This document shows positions 28,072 through 38,004 of a stretch of DNA of 38,064 nucleotides, in pieces. Position 1 is the stretch's first letter. Each line of letters opens with the position of its first letter. The position numbers and the translations under genes are program-made. The notes below the pieces were generated by a model. The model saw only the letters and a list, made by a program, of their open reading frames with translations, ran no database searches and had not been told where the DNA came from. The stretch is from a virus (Duplodnaviria; Caudoviricetes). Location: positions 1 to 38,064 of IMG/VR virus record IMGVR_UViG_3300012952_000043; one strand, 5' to 3'.

Positions 28072-29265
28072 ATGGCAAAGAAAAAGAAGAACGCTCCCGC
28101 AACAGACGATTTTACAAATGATCTAATTCAGTCGTTGAATAAGGAGCATGGAAGTAAGGTTGCTTATAACCTGGCATATGACATGTCACCTACTCATGTA
28201 AAGAGGTGGATTTCTACCGGTTGTAAACAACTAGACTATATTGTTGCAAATAGAGAAAATGGCGGTATGCCTGAAGGTCGGATTGTTGAGATCTTTGGCC
28301 CACCCTCGATTGGAAAGTCGCACCTGGCAATTCAAATTGCACGTTCAACCCAACAAATGGGAGGTATCGTAGTCTATATTGATACTGAGAATGCTACATC
28401 TGTTGAAAATTTAGGATTGTTGGGTGTTGATATTTCGCAGCGATTTGTATATGTTGATACTCATTGCACAGAAGAGGTTCTTTCGATTGCTGAGGCTACA
28501 ATTATGAAGGCAAAGGCAATGGACAAGGATGTTCCAATTACGATTATTTGGGACTCTGTTGCAGCAACATCCCCTAAGGCAGAGTTGGTCGGTGACTATG
28601 ATAAGGAAACGATTGGCCTGCAGGCACGTGCAATCTCAAAGGGTATGCGTAAGATTACCGGTGTAATCGCTAATCAAAATGTGCTATTTGTAATCCTTAA
28701 CCAGATTCGAACTAAGATTGGTGTGATGTATGGAGATCCTACCACCACACCAGGAGGTAAGGCAATTCCCTTTCATTCCTCCGTGCGAATTAAGTTAGGT
28801 GCTGGCCAGCGTATTGAAAATAAAAACAAAGAAGTTGTTGGAATTCACGTCTCAGCTAAGACAATTAAGAATAAGGTAGCGCCACCTTTCCGCACCGTTA
28901 ATTTTGAGATTCATTTTGGTAAAGGTATTGTTGAACATGAACAGGTCTTTGATTTACTGAGAAAGCATGGCAGCGAAGTAATCAACGGTGAAGAGGTAGC
29001 TGTCTCTGGTACTGGTGCATGGAAAACGCTAACGGTATCAAATCCGGATACTGGCGAAGTTAAGCTAGAGAAAAAATTCTATAAGCAAGATTTTGGAGAT
29101 GTTATGTATTCTGCAGAGTATGGTGGATATGTTGATGCCCTACTCAAGGCAGCCTTAGTAAAAGAGTTTGATCCTCAAGATATGAACATCGACTCTGAGT
29201 CATATGAAGAAGTTCGGACAATCGCAATGGGACTAGAAGAAGAGTTAATTTTACCGGAGGGTTGA
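28072..29265 (+). CDS. recA: RecA/UvsX recombinase, 397 aa
   Basis: GGMPEGRIVEIFGPPSIGKS (Walker A), YIDTENA, WDSVAA, QARAISKGMRK, NQIR.KIGVMYGDP.TTPGG and KNKVAPPF. Confidence 0.97.
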   Translation: MAKKKKNAPATDDFTNDLIQSLNKEHGSKVAYNLAYDMSPTHVKRWISTGCKQLDYIVANRENGGMPEGRIVEIFGPPSIGKSHLAIQIARSTQQMGGIVVYIDTENATSVENLGLLGVDISQRFVYVDTHCTEEVLSIAEATIMKAKAMDKDVPITIIWDSVAATSPKAELVGDYDKETIGLQARAISKGMRKITGVIANQNVLFVILNQIRTKIGVMYGDPTTTPGGKAIPFHSSVRIKLGAGQRIENKNKEVVGIHVSAKTIKNKVAPPFRTVNFEIHFGKGIVEHEQVFDLLRKHGSEVINGEEVAVSGTGAWKTLTVSNPDTGEVKLEKKFYKQDFGDVMYSAEYGGYVDALLKAALVKEFDPQDMNIDSESYEEVRTIAMGLEEELILPEG

Positions 29266-29266
29266 T

Positions 29267-30247
29267 ATGTCCGTTGCATCAGCTCGCCCTGTACTGTTGG
29301 TCGACGCCTATAATCTTTTTACTCGACATTTCATAGCTAATCCTGCGATGTCGAATCATGGCAACCATATTGGCGGGACAGTGGGCTTCTTAAAATCTAT
29401 TGCTCGATTAGCTGATATGCTAAATCCATCTGATATTTGTGTTGTTTGGGAAGGTGGTGGCTCTCTTCGTCGCCGCGCTATATATAGTAACTACAAACAA
29501 AAAAGCCGCCCTCAAAAACTAAATAGATTTTATGGTGATGATATTCCTGATACTGTTGAGAATAGAAGTCATCAAATTGCGATAACGATTGAATTGCTAA
29601 AGACAGTTCCTGTGAAACAAGTCTATGTTTCAGACTGCGAAGCCGATGATGTTATTGCATACCTTGCACAAAACAAATATTCAAACAATCGCTGTGTAAT
29701 CGTCTCTTCAGACAAGGATTATTATCAATTGCTATCAAATAGAATAATTCAATGGTCGCCAGGTCAAAAAGATTTTGTAACAGCAAAAGACGTAATTAGA
29801 AAGTTTGGTATGTATCCAGAAAATTTTCTTGTAGCGCGTTGTTTTTGTGGTGACGGTTCTGACTCGCTACCAGGAATTAAAGGCGCTGGATTTAAGACAA
29901 TGCTAAAAAGATTCCCAGAGTTATCACAACGCGATTTTATTTCTGTTGATGATATTGTTAAGTTAAGCCATGAGAGAAGTATAACCACTGGGAAAAAGAT
30001 CAAGCTGTTTCATAATATTAATGATAGCTCAGAGATTGCTTATCGCAATTGGAAGCTTATGTATTTAGGCATTTCAAACTTGGCGGCTGATCAAATTCAA
30101 AAAGTTGAAGGTATCGTTGATACTTTTAGCTGCGATGGTAATAAAATTAAACTAATGAAAGCGCTAATTCGTGAAGGGTTATCAACATTTGATGCCGACT
30201 CGTTTTATATGTCTATAAGTTCAACCCTTGGAGTAGGAAGTAATTAA
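29267..30247 (+). CDS. 5'-3' exonuclease / flap endonuclease (T4 RNase H / Pol I N-terminal family), 326 aa
   Basis: LLVDAYNL, YK..R, EADDVIAY, SSDKDYYQL and GDGSDSLPGIKGAG.KT. Confidence 0.92.
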   Translation: MSVASARPVLLVDAYNLFTRHFIANPAMSNHGNHIGGTVGFLKSIARLADMLNPSDICVVWEGGGSLRRRAIYSNYKQKSRPQKLNRFYGDDIPDTVENRSHQIAITIELLKTVPVKQVYVSDCEADDVIAYLAQNKYSNNRCVIVSSDKDYYQLLSNRIIQWSPGQKDFVTAKDVIRKFGMYPENFLVARCFCGDGSDSLPGIKGAGFKTMLKRFPELSQRDFISVDDIVKLSHERSITTGKKIKLFHNINDSSEIAYRNWKLMYLGISNLAADQIQKVEGIVDTFSCDGNKIKLMKALIREGLSTFDADSFYMSISSTLGVGSN

Positions 30248-31644
30248 TGAGCAACACTGTATTACAAGTAGCGAATGGATCGCAGCCACACTTTGCCCAA
30301 TACGGAAAGCAATTCCAGGAGAAGATTTTTCAAAGTCTTTTATCTGATCACACTTGGGCGGCCCAGATGATTGAGGTAATGAACCCTCAGTTTTTTGATC
30401 TCAAATATCTTAATTACCTTGCTGACAAATACTTTTCATATCATATTAAGTACAAGACATTCCCGACGATGTCGTTATTGATAACGATTATTAAAGATGA
30501 CTTATCCCAAGGCCATGATATTATTCTTCGAGATCAGATTGTAGAGTTTCTTCATAGGATTAAGCATAATCCAGATATGGGTGATTTGCAATATGTCAAA
30601 GATAAGTCTTTAGATTTCTGTAAGCGTCAGGCTTTTAAGGAGGCGCTTGAACAAGCTGTTGAGCTAATTTCTACTGATAAATTTGAAAGCGTTGTTACTC
30701 TTATGAAAGAGGCAGTTGCTGTAGGTATGCCTTCTTCAACCGGCCATGATTTCTTTGAAGATGCTGATGCAAGATTTGTAAAGATTGCCAGAAGGGTTTG
30801 CCCCACAGGTCTCAATCGTCTAGACGCCTCCGATATTTTGCAAGGGGGTTTAGGTCGCGGTGAGATTGGGGTAATTACAGCAAATACGGGCGTTGGCAAG
30901 AGTCATTTCCTTGTACAAATGGGTGCTAATGCAATGAAGGCCGGAAAGAATGTCGTTCATTATACATTTGAGCTGACAGAACATGCTGTGGGCTTGAGAT
31001 ATGATTCAAACATATGCGGTATCCCCAGCAACGACGTTTGCGAGAATAAAGCAGAGGTTTTGGAGAGGTATGAGAGTTCTGAGTTAGGCCGACTGATTAT
31101 TAAGGAGTATCCTACAGGTGCTGCATCAATCGTTACAATTCGTAATCACATTGAAAAGCTATTGCTAAAAGGTTTCCAGCCTGATGTAATCATTATTGAC
31201 TATGCAGATATTATGCGTTCAACAAGGAGCTATGATTCCCTTCGCCATGAACTTAAGTTAATTTATGAAGAATTAAGAAATATGGCAATGGATATGAACA
31301 TTCCGATCTGGACAGCTTCACAAGCAAACCGTGAATCAGCGAACTCAGATGTTGTTGGGTTAGAAAACATGTCAGAGGCTTATGGTAAGGCAATGGTTGC
31401 AGATGTAGTTTTGTCAATCTCTAGAAAAGCTATGGAAAAGTCAACCGGTGCTGGGCGGTTATTTATTGCAAAAAATCGCGCCGGTAGAGATGGTTTGCTT
31501 TTCCCCATACACATTGACACTTCAATGTCTATAATTGAAATACTAGATGAGTCGTCATTGACACTAAATGAAGCCGCAGAACAAGATGAAAATGCTATGA
31601 AAGACCTCTTAAAGAAAAAGTGGAATGAAGTTAGCAAGATTTAA
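30247..31644 (+). CDS. dnaB: Replicative DNA helicase (DnaB / T4 gp41-like), 465 aa
   Basis: Walker A ANTGVGKS, HYTFEL, IIIDYADIM, WTASQANR and KNRAG. Confidence 0.93.
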   Translation: MSNTVLQVANGSQPHFAQYGKQFQEKIFQSLLSDHTWAAQMIEVMNPQFFDLKYLNYLADKYFSYHIKYKTFPTMSLLITIIKDDLSQGHDIILRDQIVEFLHRIKHNPDMGDLQYVKDKSLDFCKRQAFKEALEQAVELISTDKFESVVTLMKEAVAVGMPSSTGHDFFEDADARFVKIARRVCPTGLNRLDASDILQGGLGRGEIGVITANTGVGKSHFLVQMGANAMKAGKNVVHYTFELTEHAVGLRYDSNICGIPSNDVCENKAEVLERYESSELGRLIIKEYPTGAASIVTIRNHIEKLLLKGFQPDVIIIDYADIMRSTRSYDSLRHELKLIYEELRNMAMDMNIPIWTASQANRESANSDVVGLENMSEAYGKAMVADVVLSISRKAMEKSTGAGRLFIAKNRAGRDGLLFPIHIDTSMSIIEILDESSLTLNEAAEQDENAMKDLLKKKWNEVSKI

Positions 31645-31656
31645 GGATAATGGGAA

Positions 31657-34113
31657 ATGGTAAAATTCGATGAAGCATTTAAGAAGTCGCTTGAGTATTT
31701 TAACGGCGACGATTTAGCAGCCAATGTATTCGTTTCGAAATATGCGCTGATTGATAGGGAAGGTAATCTTCATGAAGAGACCCCGAATGATATGCATCGT
31801 CGGTTAGCAAAGCAGTTTGCTAGAATTGAAAACAAGTATCCAAACCCCCTGACAGAAAATCAAATTTATTCTTTATTTTCTGAATTCAAGTATGTAGTAC
31901 CCCAGGGTTCACCAATGTCAGGTATTGGAAACCCATTTCAAATCCAATCAATTTCAAATTGTTTTGTTATTGAGTCGCCACATGATTCTTATGGTGGAAT
32001 TCTTAAAACAGATCAGGAGCTAGTTCAGATTGCCAAACGCCGCGGTGGTGTGGGGTTTGATATATCTACTATTCGCCCAAAAGGACGCTCGACAGGTAAT
32101 TGTGCTAGAACAACGGATGGGATTGAAGTCTTTATGGATCGGTTTTCTAATTCATGCCGAGAGGTTGCCCAAAATGGCCGCCGCGGCGCGTTGATGTTAA
32201 CGATTTCAGTCCACCACCCACAAGTTATGGATTTTGTCAAAATTAAAAGAGACTTAAATAGGGTAACCGGTGCTAACATCTCTGTTCGTCTTTCGGATGA
32301 GTTTTTAGAAGCAGTTAGGAATGATAATGACTATCAACAACGCTGGCCTGTTGATTCTGACAATCCTGAGGTTTCATATTTCGAAAATGCGAAAGAGATA
32401 TGGGATGAAATTATTTCTTCTGCTCATGCTTGTGCTGAGCCGGGATTGTTATTTTGGGATACTGCATGCGCGTTAACTCCTGCTGATCTATATTCTAAGG
32501 AGGGATTTGCATCAACATCGACTAACCCATGTGGAGAAATTATTTTAAGTCCATATGATAGTTGCAGGCTGATGCTTTTGAACCTATATTCTTTTGTTGA
32601 TTCGCCCTTTACTGCTGAGGCGAAGTTTGATTTTGATAAGCTGGCTGATATTACCCAACAGGCCCAACGCTTAATGGACGATATGGTTGATTTAGAGATT
32701 GAGCAGGTTGATAAGATTTTAGGGAAGATTCAAAATGATCCTGAACCTGATGAAGTGAAAGCAATTGAGAGAAACCTGTGGACAAAGATTAAGCAGCAAG
32801 CCCTCCGTGGCCGCCGAACAGGGTTAGGGGTTACCGGCGTTGGTGATGCATTAGCTGCACTCGGCATAAAATACGGTTCAGATGAATCGATTGATGTAGT
32901 AGAGCAATTCTATAAAACCCTAACCGTTAATGCATATAGATCTTCATGTATAATGGCTAAAGAACGTGGCGCATTTCCAATTCATGATCATGAGCGTGAA
33001 ATTGAGCATGAGTTCTTAAATAGGATTTGGGAAGAAGCACCTGACATATACGGCATGAATAAAGAAACCGGTCGAAGAAATATTGCTTTAACCACTACTG
33101 CTCCAGCTGGATCAGTTTCAACGTTGACACAGACTACTTCTGGTATCGAGCCGGCATACATGTTGAAATATACACGTAGAAAGAAGTTAACGGCAACTGA
33201 TGTAAATGCTAGAATTGATTTTGTAGATGACTCAGGGGATAAGTGGCAAGAGTATGATGTTTATCATCATGGGTTTAAGACATGGATGGACGTGACCGGG
33301 TTAACTGAGATTAATGATTCACCCTATTTTGAAGCTACGGCAACTGAGATTGATTGGGTCCAGAAGGTAAAAATGCAATCAGCTGCCCAGAAGTGGATTT
33401 GTCATGCTATTTCAAATACAACAAACATCCCTACAGAGACCCCAGTTGACACTGTAAAGGACATCTATATGACCGGTTGGGATACCGGTTGTAAGGGTGT
33501 AACTGTCTATAGGGATGGTTCTAGAACCGGTGTGTTGGTATCATCAACACCAGCCGAGGATGAGTTTAACCCTCACTCAGCCCCAAAAAGACCAGATGAA
33601 CTTGAGTGCTCGATTCATAATGCGAACATTAAGGGCGAGGCATGGTCTATATTGGTCGGGCTAATGGACGGCCGACCTTATGAAGTTATAGGCGGGTTAT
33701 CAAAGTTTGTAGAGATCCCTAGAAAGTATAAAGCAGGAAAAATTGTAAAGCATTATAGGAAAACCAAAAACTCCAGATATGATCTTCATTTTGGTGAAAA
33801 TGGAGATGAGGTTATTTTACGGGATGTTGTTTCACTATTCGACAACCCTAATCATTCTGCTTTTACAAGAACGATTTCTTTGGCGCTAAGGCATGGAGCT
33901 CCTATTCATTATGTAGTTGAGCAATTGCAGAAAGATCGAGATGCAGATCTTTTTAGTTTTTCAAAGGTTATCGCAAGGGTACTAAAAAATTATATCACCG
34001 ACGGCACCAGGCCAGGTAAGACAGTTTGTGAACACTGTAGCGCAGAGGATTCCTTAGTGTATCAGGAAGGCTGTGTTGCCTGTACTTCGTGTGGTCATAG
34101 CAAGTGTAGTTGA
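31657..34113 (+). CDS. nrdJ: Class II (adenosylcobalamin-dependent) ribonucleotide reductase, 818 aa
   Basis: SNCFV, GGVG, RRGALM, ANISV, EPG, TNPCGEI, RRTGLG, APAGS and KGVTVYRDGSR. C-terminal Cys cluster CEHC...EGCVACTSCGHSKC. No nrdB nearby. Confidence 0.92.
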   Translation: MVKFDEAFKKSLEYFNGDDLAANVFVSKYALIDREGNLHEETPNDMHRRLAKQFARIENKYPNPLTENQIYSLFSEFKYVVPQGSPMSGIGNPFQIQSISNCFVIESPHDSYGGILKTDQELVQIAKRRGGVGFDISTIRPKGRSTGNCARTTDGIEVFMDRFSNSCREVAQNGRRGALMLTISVHHPQVMDFVKIKRDLNRVTGANISVRLSDEFLEAVRNDNDYQQRWPVDSDNPEVSYFENAKEIWDEIISSAHACAEPGLLFWDTACALTPADLYSKEGFASTSTNPCGEIILSPYDSCRLMLLNLYSFVDSPFTAEAKFDFDKLADITQQAQRLMDDMVDLEIEQVDKILGKIQNDPEPDEVKAIERNLWTKIKQQALRGRRTGLGVTGVGDALAALGIKYGSDESIDVVEQFYKTLTVNAYRSSCIMAKERGAFPIHDHEREIEHEFLNRIWEEAPDIYGMNKETGRRNIALTTTAPAGSVSTLTQTTSGIEPAYMLKYTRRKKLTATDVNARIDFVDDSGDKWQEYDVYHHGFKTWMDVTGLTEINDSPYFEATATEIDWVQKVKMQSAAQKWICHAISNTTNIPTETPVDTVKDIYMTGWDTGCKGVTVYRDGSRTGVLVSSTPAEDEFNPHSAPKRPDELECSIHNANIKGEAWSILVGLMDGRPYEVIGGLSKFVEIPRKYKAGKIVKHYRKTKNSRYDLHFGENGDEVILRDVVSLFDNPNHSAFTRTISLALRHGAPIHYVVEQLQKDRDADLFSFSKVIARVLKNYITDGTRPGKTVCEHCSAEDSLVYQEGCVACTSCGHSKCS

Positions 34114-34124
34114 CGGAGTTTTTA

Positions 34125-34727
34125 ATGAAATGGACAACGACAATATCTCCCCTAATTAAGGAGATTGAACTAAGAAAGCAGCCCGTTATTATTCGGGTAA
34201 ATAAATTTGACGAAGAGTCTGCAGCTAAATTTCAGCTAGAAGTAGCTCAAGCCCATAATACGGGACAAGGAATTATTCCCGTTATTATTGACTCATATGG
34301 TGGGCAGGTTTATTCTTTAATGACAATGATTAGTGCGATTAAGCATTCTGAAGTGCCTATTGCAACAATCATTGAAGGCAAGGCTATGTCTTGTGGAGCC
34401 GTGTTATTTACTTTCGGGGCACAGGGACATAGATACATGGATCAGGACGCAACGTTAATGATTCATGATGTATCGTCTATGGATTGGGGAAAAGTTGAAG
34501 AGCTCAAAGCTGGTGCGAAAGAAGCTGATCGGCTTAATGACAAGATCTATAAGATGATGGCATTAAACTGCGGAAAGAAAGAAGACTATTTTCTAAAGAT
34601 CGTTGATAAAAAGAAGCATGCTGATTGGTTTATAGACGCTAATGAAGCAAAAAAGCACGGTCTAGCTAATCAGCTTAGGGTACCCAAATTCAATATCACG
34701 GTTGGCGTTGATATCGAGTTTGAGTAA
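34125..34727 (+). CDS. clpP: ClpP-family serine protease
   Basis: IDSYGG, GKAMSCG (Ser), LMIHD (His) and DWFIDANEAKKHGL (Asp). Start set at ATG 34125 after a GGAG SD. Confidence 0.88.
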   Translation: MKWTTTISPLIKEIELRKQPVIIRVNKFDEESAAKFQLEVAQAHNTGQGIIPVIIDSYGGQVYSLMTMISAIKHSEVPIATIIEGKAMSCGAVLFTFGAQGHRYMDQDATLMIHDVSSMDWGKVEELKAGAKEADRLNDKIYKMMALNCGKKEDYFLKIVDKKKHADWFIDANEAKKHGLANQLRVPKFNITVGVDIEFE

Positions 34728-34744
34728 TATATCTTGAGGATAAC

Positions 34745-35662
34745 ATGGCAATCGATAAGAATTTTTATAATGAAGCATCCGCTACAAAGCTTGGGTGGGA
34801 TCCTTCATGGTTTGGCGCGAAAGAGTTTAATGATGAGTTAGTTAACGCAATTAAAAAGTGGCAAAGAAAGCACAAGCTAACAGCAGACGGCCTCTGCGGC
34901 CCATCTACATATCGCCGGGTATGGACAGAGAGAGAATCAAATATTTCTGATCATGAACCTCCGGGGATGTGCTTTACTACGATGAATAAACATATTGTTC
35001 ATAATGGGCAGTTTTTTCCAATTGAGTGGCCCCAGGTTGTTTTGTGGGATGAAGATTCCGGCCTTAGTTGCGAGCCTGGAACATATACATCATGGGCTGG
35101 AAAAGAAGACAGGGTACCTACATTTTTTGTAAATCATTGGGATGTATGTCTTTCTGCAAAGAGTTGCGCAAAGGTAATCGCGAAAAGAGGAATATCAATT
35201 CATTTTTGCATTGATAACGATGGAACGATATATCAGCTATTAGATACTCAACATCGAGCATGGCAGGCAGGTGGCTCAATGTGGAATACAAAAAGTATTG
35301 GTGTTGAGATTTCAAATGCGTATTATACAAAGTACCAGGATTGGTATGTTCGTAATGGTTATGGTGAACGACCTGTAGTTAATGACGTTACGTGCCATGG
35401 ACGAAAACTAGAAGAACACTTGGATTTTTACCCTATTCAGCTAGAGGCTCTTAAAGCCCTCTGGGTAGCAATCCATGGTGCAACCGGTATCCCCTTAGAA
35501 TGTCCTACAGATTCTAACGGAGAGCTTGTGACAGGTGTTGATAAGCGGTGTGAGCGGGGAGAGTTCGAGGGCTTCATCAATCACTACAATTTAACTCGTA
35601 GAAAGATTGATTGTGCCGGGTTAGATTTGGTAGGGTTATTGAAAGAAGCGAAGAATGAGTAA
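34745..35662 (+). CDS. N-acetylmuramoyl-L-alanine amidase (Amidase_2) with N-terminal peptidoglycan-binding domain; putative endolysin
   Basis: AIKKWQRKHKLTADGLCGPST (PG-binding-1 pattern), plus SIHFCIDNDGTIYQL, AWQAG, N..SIGVEI and HY...KIDC. Confidence 0.85.
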   Translation: MAIDKNFYNEASATKLGWDPSWFGAKEFNDELVNAIKKWQRKHKLTADGLCGPSTYRRVWTERESNISDHEPPGMCFTTMNKHIVHNGQFFPIEWPQVVLWDEDSGLSCEPGTYTSWAGKEDRVPTFFVNHWDVCLSAKSCAKVIAKRGISIHFCIDNDGTIYQLLDTQHRAWQAGGSMWNTKSIGVEISNAYYTKYQDWYVRNGYGERPVVNDVTCHGRKLEEHLDFYPIQLEALKALWVAIHGATGIPLECPTDSNGELVTGVDKRCERGEFEGFINHYNLTRRKIDCAGLDLVGLLKEAKNE

Positions 35663-36062
35663 ACAACTTACGAAAAATTTCAAACTTTCTGAGTTTAGGT
35701 GTAGAGACGGATCAGATGTTCCAGAGGATTTAATGATGAACGTTGAGCGCCTTGCAGAAAATTTACAGGTACTAAGAGATCATATTGGGAAACCGATTAG
35801 AGTAATTAGTGGATATAGATCCCCGACATATAATAGAAAAATTGGAGGGGCCAGAAAGAGCCAACACATGGTTGCCAAAGCTGCAGATATAAAAGTTTCA
35901 GGGATGCATCCTGATGATGTGCGGCAAGAAATCCTAACCCTGATTAAGGAAGGGAAGATGGCAGTCGGTGGCGTTGGTAGATATACAACATTTACACACT
36001 ATGATATCCGCGGCTGGAATGCTCGGTGGAGTGGCAGCGGCATCAAGGATGATCGCAAGTAG
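35655..36062 (+). CDS. Peptidase M15A-family Zn peptidase (peptidoglycan hydrolase), 135 aa
   Basis: NFKLSEFRC, SGYRS..YNRKIGGA..SQHM..KAADI, and GRY.TFTHYDIR. Confidence 0.9.
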   Translation: MSKQLTKNFKLSEFRCRDGSDVPEDLMMNVERLAENLQVLRDHIGKPIRVISGYRSPTYNRKIGGARKSQHMVAKAADIKVSGMHPDDVRQEILTLIKEGKMAVGGVGRYTTFTHYDIRGWNARWSGSGIKDDRK

Positions 36063-36069
36063 AGGGATT

Positions 36070-36774
36070 ATGACGCGCACTATTGAATTATACAATGATG
36101 GAATTGGTAAAGTAGAGTATGTTGAGCATATGGGCTCTGATCTTACAGTGGTCAATAGTGCGCGTGTTTCCTTTGGGAAGCAGAAGGAGGATCTGGATGA
36201 AAGAGACGAGAAGCTCATTAACTACCTCATCCGGCATAAACACACTTCGACTTTGGAGCACAATGTTATTACTTACAGGTTTTGTGTTCCTCTTTTCATA
36301 CGTTCTCAGCACCATCGTCATAGAACATGGGCTTATAATGAGATTAGTAGAAGGTATACAGATGTAGATCTTAGATTTTATGAGCCATCGACATTTAGGA
36401 CACAGCATAAATCTAATCGCCAGGCTTCTGATCCAGCCCGGCAGATTGACCCGTGTATACGTGCATACGAAGATGGCGGGCGTCTCCATGCTAGCGCACT
36501 AGTGCGAGGGCATCATAAGCGAAGCCTTGAATTATACAACGAATTAATAGACTCAGGTGTCTGTAGAGAGCAAGCGAGAGGAATCCTCCCCCAAAATCTT
36601 TATACAGAGTATTATGGGACATGTAACCTTAATAATCTAATTAAGTTTATTGAGCTACGAACTCACGATGGCGCGCAGTGGGAGATCCAACAAGTTGCTA
36701 AAGCATGTTTAGATATAGCAGAAGATCTTTGGCCAACAACTGTTGCGGCATATAGAGAGATTAGAGGGTTGTAG
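36070..36774 (+). CDS. thyX: FAD-dependent thymidylate synthase
   Basis: VNSARVSF, H.S.LEH, signature RHRTWAYNEISRRY, REQARGILP and LR....AQWEI. Start set at ATG 36070 (GAGG SD) rather than 35968. Confidence 0.95.
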   Translation: MTRTIELYNDGIGKVEYVEHMGSDLTVVNSARVSFGKQKEDLDERDEKLINYLIRHKHTSTLEHNVITYRFCVPLFIRSQHHRHRTWAYNEISRRYTDVDLRFYEPSTFRTQHKSNRQASDPARQIDPCIRAYEDGGRLHASALVRGHHKRSLELYNELIDSGVCREQARGILPQNLYTEYYGTCNLNNLIKFIELRTHDGAQWEIQQVAKACLDIAEDLWPTTVAAYREIRGL

Positions 36775-36783
36775 GGGGTATTT

Positions 36784-37674
36784 ATGTCAGGTCATATTGT
36801 AATTACACAACATGATGAGTTACCAGATGCGGGAACTGTAGAGCATGAGCAGTTGGAGGATTTACTGCAAGGCGAAATTCCTGAGGGACTTCCTGAAGAT
36901 TTTAGTATCGGAATTGCACTGCTTCCAGAAAATAATGTTTTTTCTGGTGTGAATTCTTTTGATACACTGGTAGTCGAAAACCTTACGGTCACTAGTCACA
37001 ACCAGGTTGATATTAACAACCTTAATGTTGAGAATCCAGTGATAGTACTGGGGCATAATATGCCAGATCCTGTGCAGGAGTTAGATCGAGGGCTGGTCTT
37101 TACTTCACAGGGCAATAACCCTTCGCTATTTTGGGATCATGATCAGTTTGAGTTTAGGTTAGCCCACGTAGATGCTGATGGTCAAACCACTGAGTTTCCT
37201 GATCCAGCTGATCCAGCACAGGGTGGTTATGCAAATCTTCATACTGCCGATATCACTGCCGCAGCTATAAGCGCACAGGCCGTTAACGTGAATGACATAT
37301 CAGTCGTAGGCGCAATTTCTACTCCGGAGTTAAAGGTTTCTTCTTTGAAGACCCTCGGAGGTGATGATTTCTTGGTTTCTGGGGAAGGAATAGATATAGC
37401 AGCAAATCCGGATGTACCTCACCAGCTGGTTATTTCTCGCTCAAATAGAATTAAAGAATCTATAATGCTAGAATCGAATCATCCAGCTGGGGCAGTGATG
37501 TCCTTTCCAGGTATTGATAATATTTTGCAGTTTGATAATAAATCAATTGATGTCTTCATCAATGGAGTGATGGTTTTAGAAGGCGAAAACTTTGACTATA
37601 CGATATCTTCAGATGGAATTATATTTACTTTTGCATTGGAAATGAAGGATGCAATTACGATAACCATCGGCTAA
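36784..37674 (+). CDS. Hypothetical acidic protein, possibly virion/fibre-associated, 296 aa
   Basis: NLNVENPVIVLG...DRGLVF...SLFWD and C-terminal DVFINGVMVLEG..FDYTI resemble beta-rich segments of phage fibre/structural proteins. Confidence 0.55.
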   Translation: MSGHIVITQHDELPDAGTVEHEQLEDLLQGEIPEGLPEDFSIGIALLPENNVFSGVNSFDTLVVENLTVTSHNQVDINNLNVENPVIVLGHNMPDPVQELDRGLVFTSQGNNPSLFWDHDQFEFRLAHVDADGQTTEFPDPADPAQGGYANLHTADITAAAISAQAVNVNDISVVGAISTPELKVSSLKTLGGDDFLVSGEGIDIAANPDVPHQLVISRSNRIKESIMLESNHPAGAVMSFPGIDNILQFDNKSIDVFINGVMVLEGENFDYTISSDGIIFTFALEMKDAITITIG

Positions 37675-37713
37675 AATATCTCTGCTGATAACCAGGTAAG
37701 ATACTATTATGCG

Positions 37714-37725
37714 CAATACTTAGTA
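37714..37725 (+). promoter_or_regulatory. Putative late-promoter motif CAATACTTAGTA
   Basis: Exact copy of bases 3-14; intergenic, about 40 nt before the start at 37765. Confidence 0.5.
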
Positions 37726-37764
37726 TCGTAAGCATTTTTTAGAAACTTCTAGAGGAGTTTAGGT

Positions 37765-38004
37765 TTGTCAACTTTAGGTACTAATAAAACATTCGTTACG
37801 TCGGACATAGCAATTGCGGCGTATTTGCAGACCCATGGTTTCAAATTAATCGACTGTAAGCGTCTGTCGGATGGTCGGTTTTATTTCGAGTTTGATGACC
37901 CTAATGATGAGTGCCGGCAGAAATCAGTAGAATTTCTCAGCTCTGAATGTTGTCAGTTTGATAATAATGTGAGAAACTTGAAAAAAATTCTGTATAAATC
38001 TTAG
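37765..38004 (+). CDS. Small conserved-looking phage protein (DUF5659-like), 79 aa
   Basis: TSDIAIAAYLQTHGFKL...GRFYFEF pattern; TTG start after GAGGAG. Confidence 0.6.
   Translation: MSTLGTNKTFVTSDIAIAAYLQTHGFKLIDCKRLSDGRFYFEFDDPNDECRQKSVEFLSSECCQFDNNVRNLKKILYKS

Noticed and set aside
28072-34113. Inteins or introns in recA, helicase or nrdJ
   Set aside because: Lengths are ordinary, motifs are colinear, and no splicing or homing-endonuclease motifs were seen.
35968-36069. N-terminal extension of ThyX (similar extensions at 25315, 26487 and 34110)
   Set aside because: These extensions mostly overlap upstream genes; downstream starts have better SD sequences or fit homolog/paralog boundaries.
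475-37056. Many minus-strand and alternate-frame ORFs of 60-196 aa in the ORF track
   Set aside because: They lie within long, motif-supported + strand genes and show no recognisable motifs; they are best explained as shadow ORFs.
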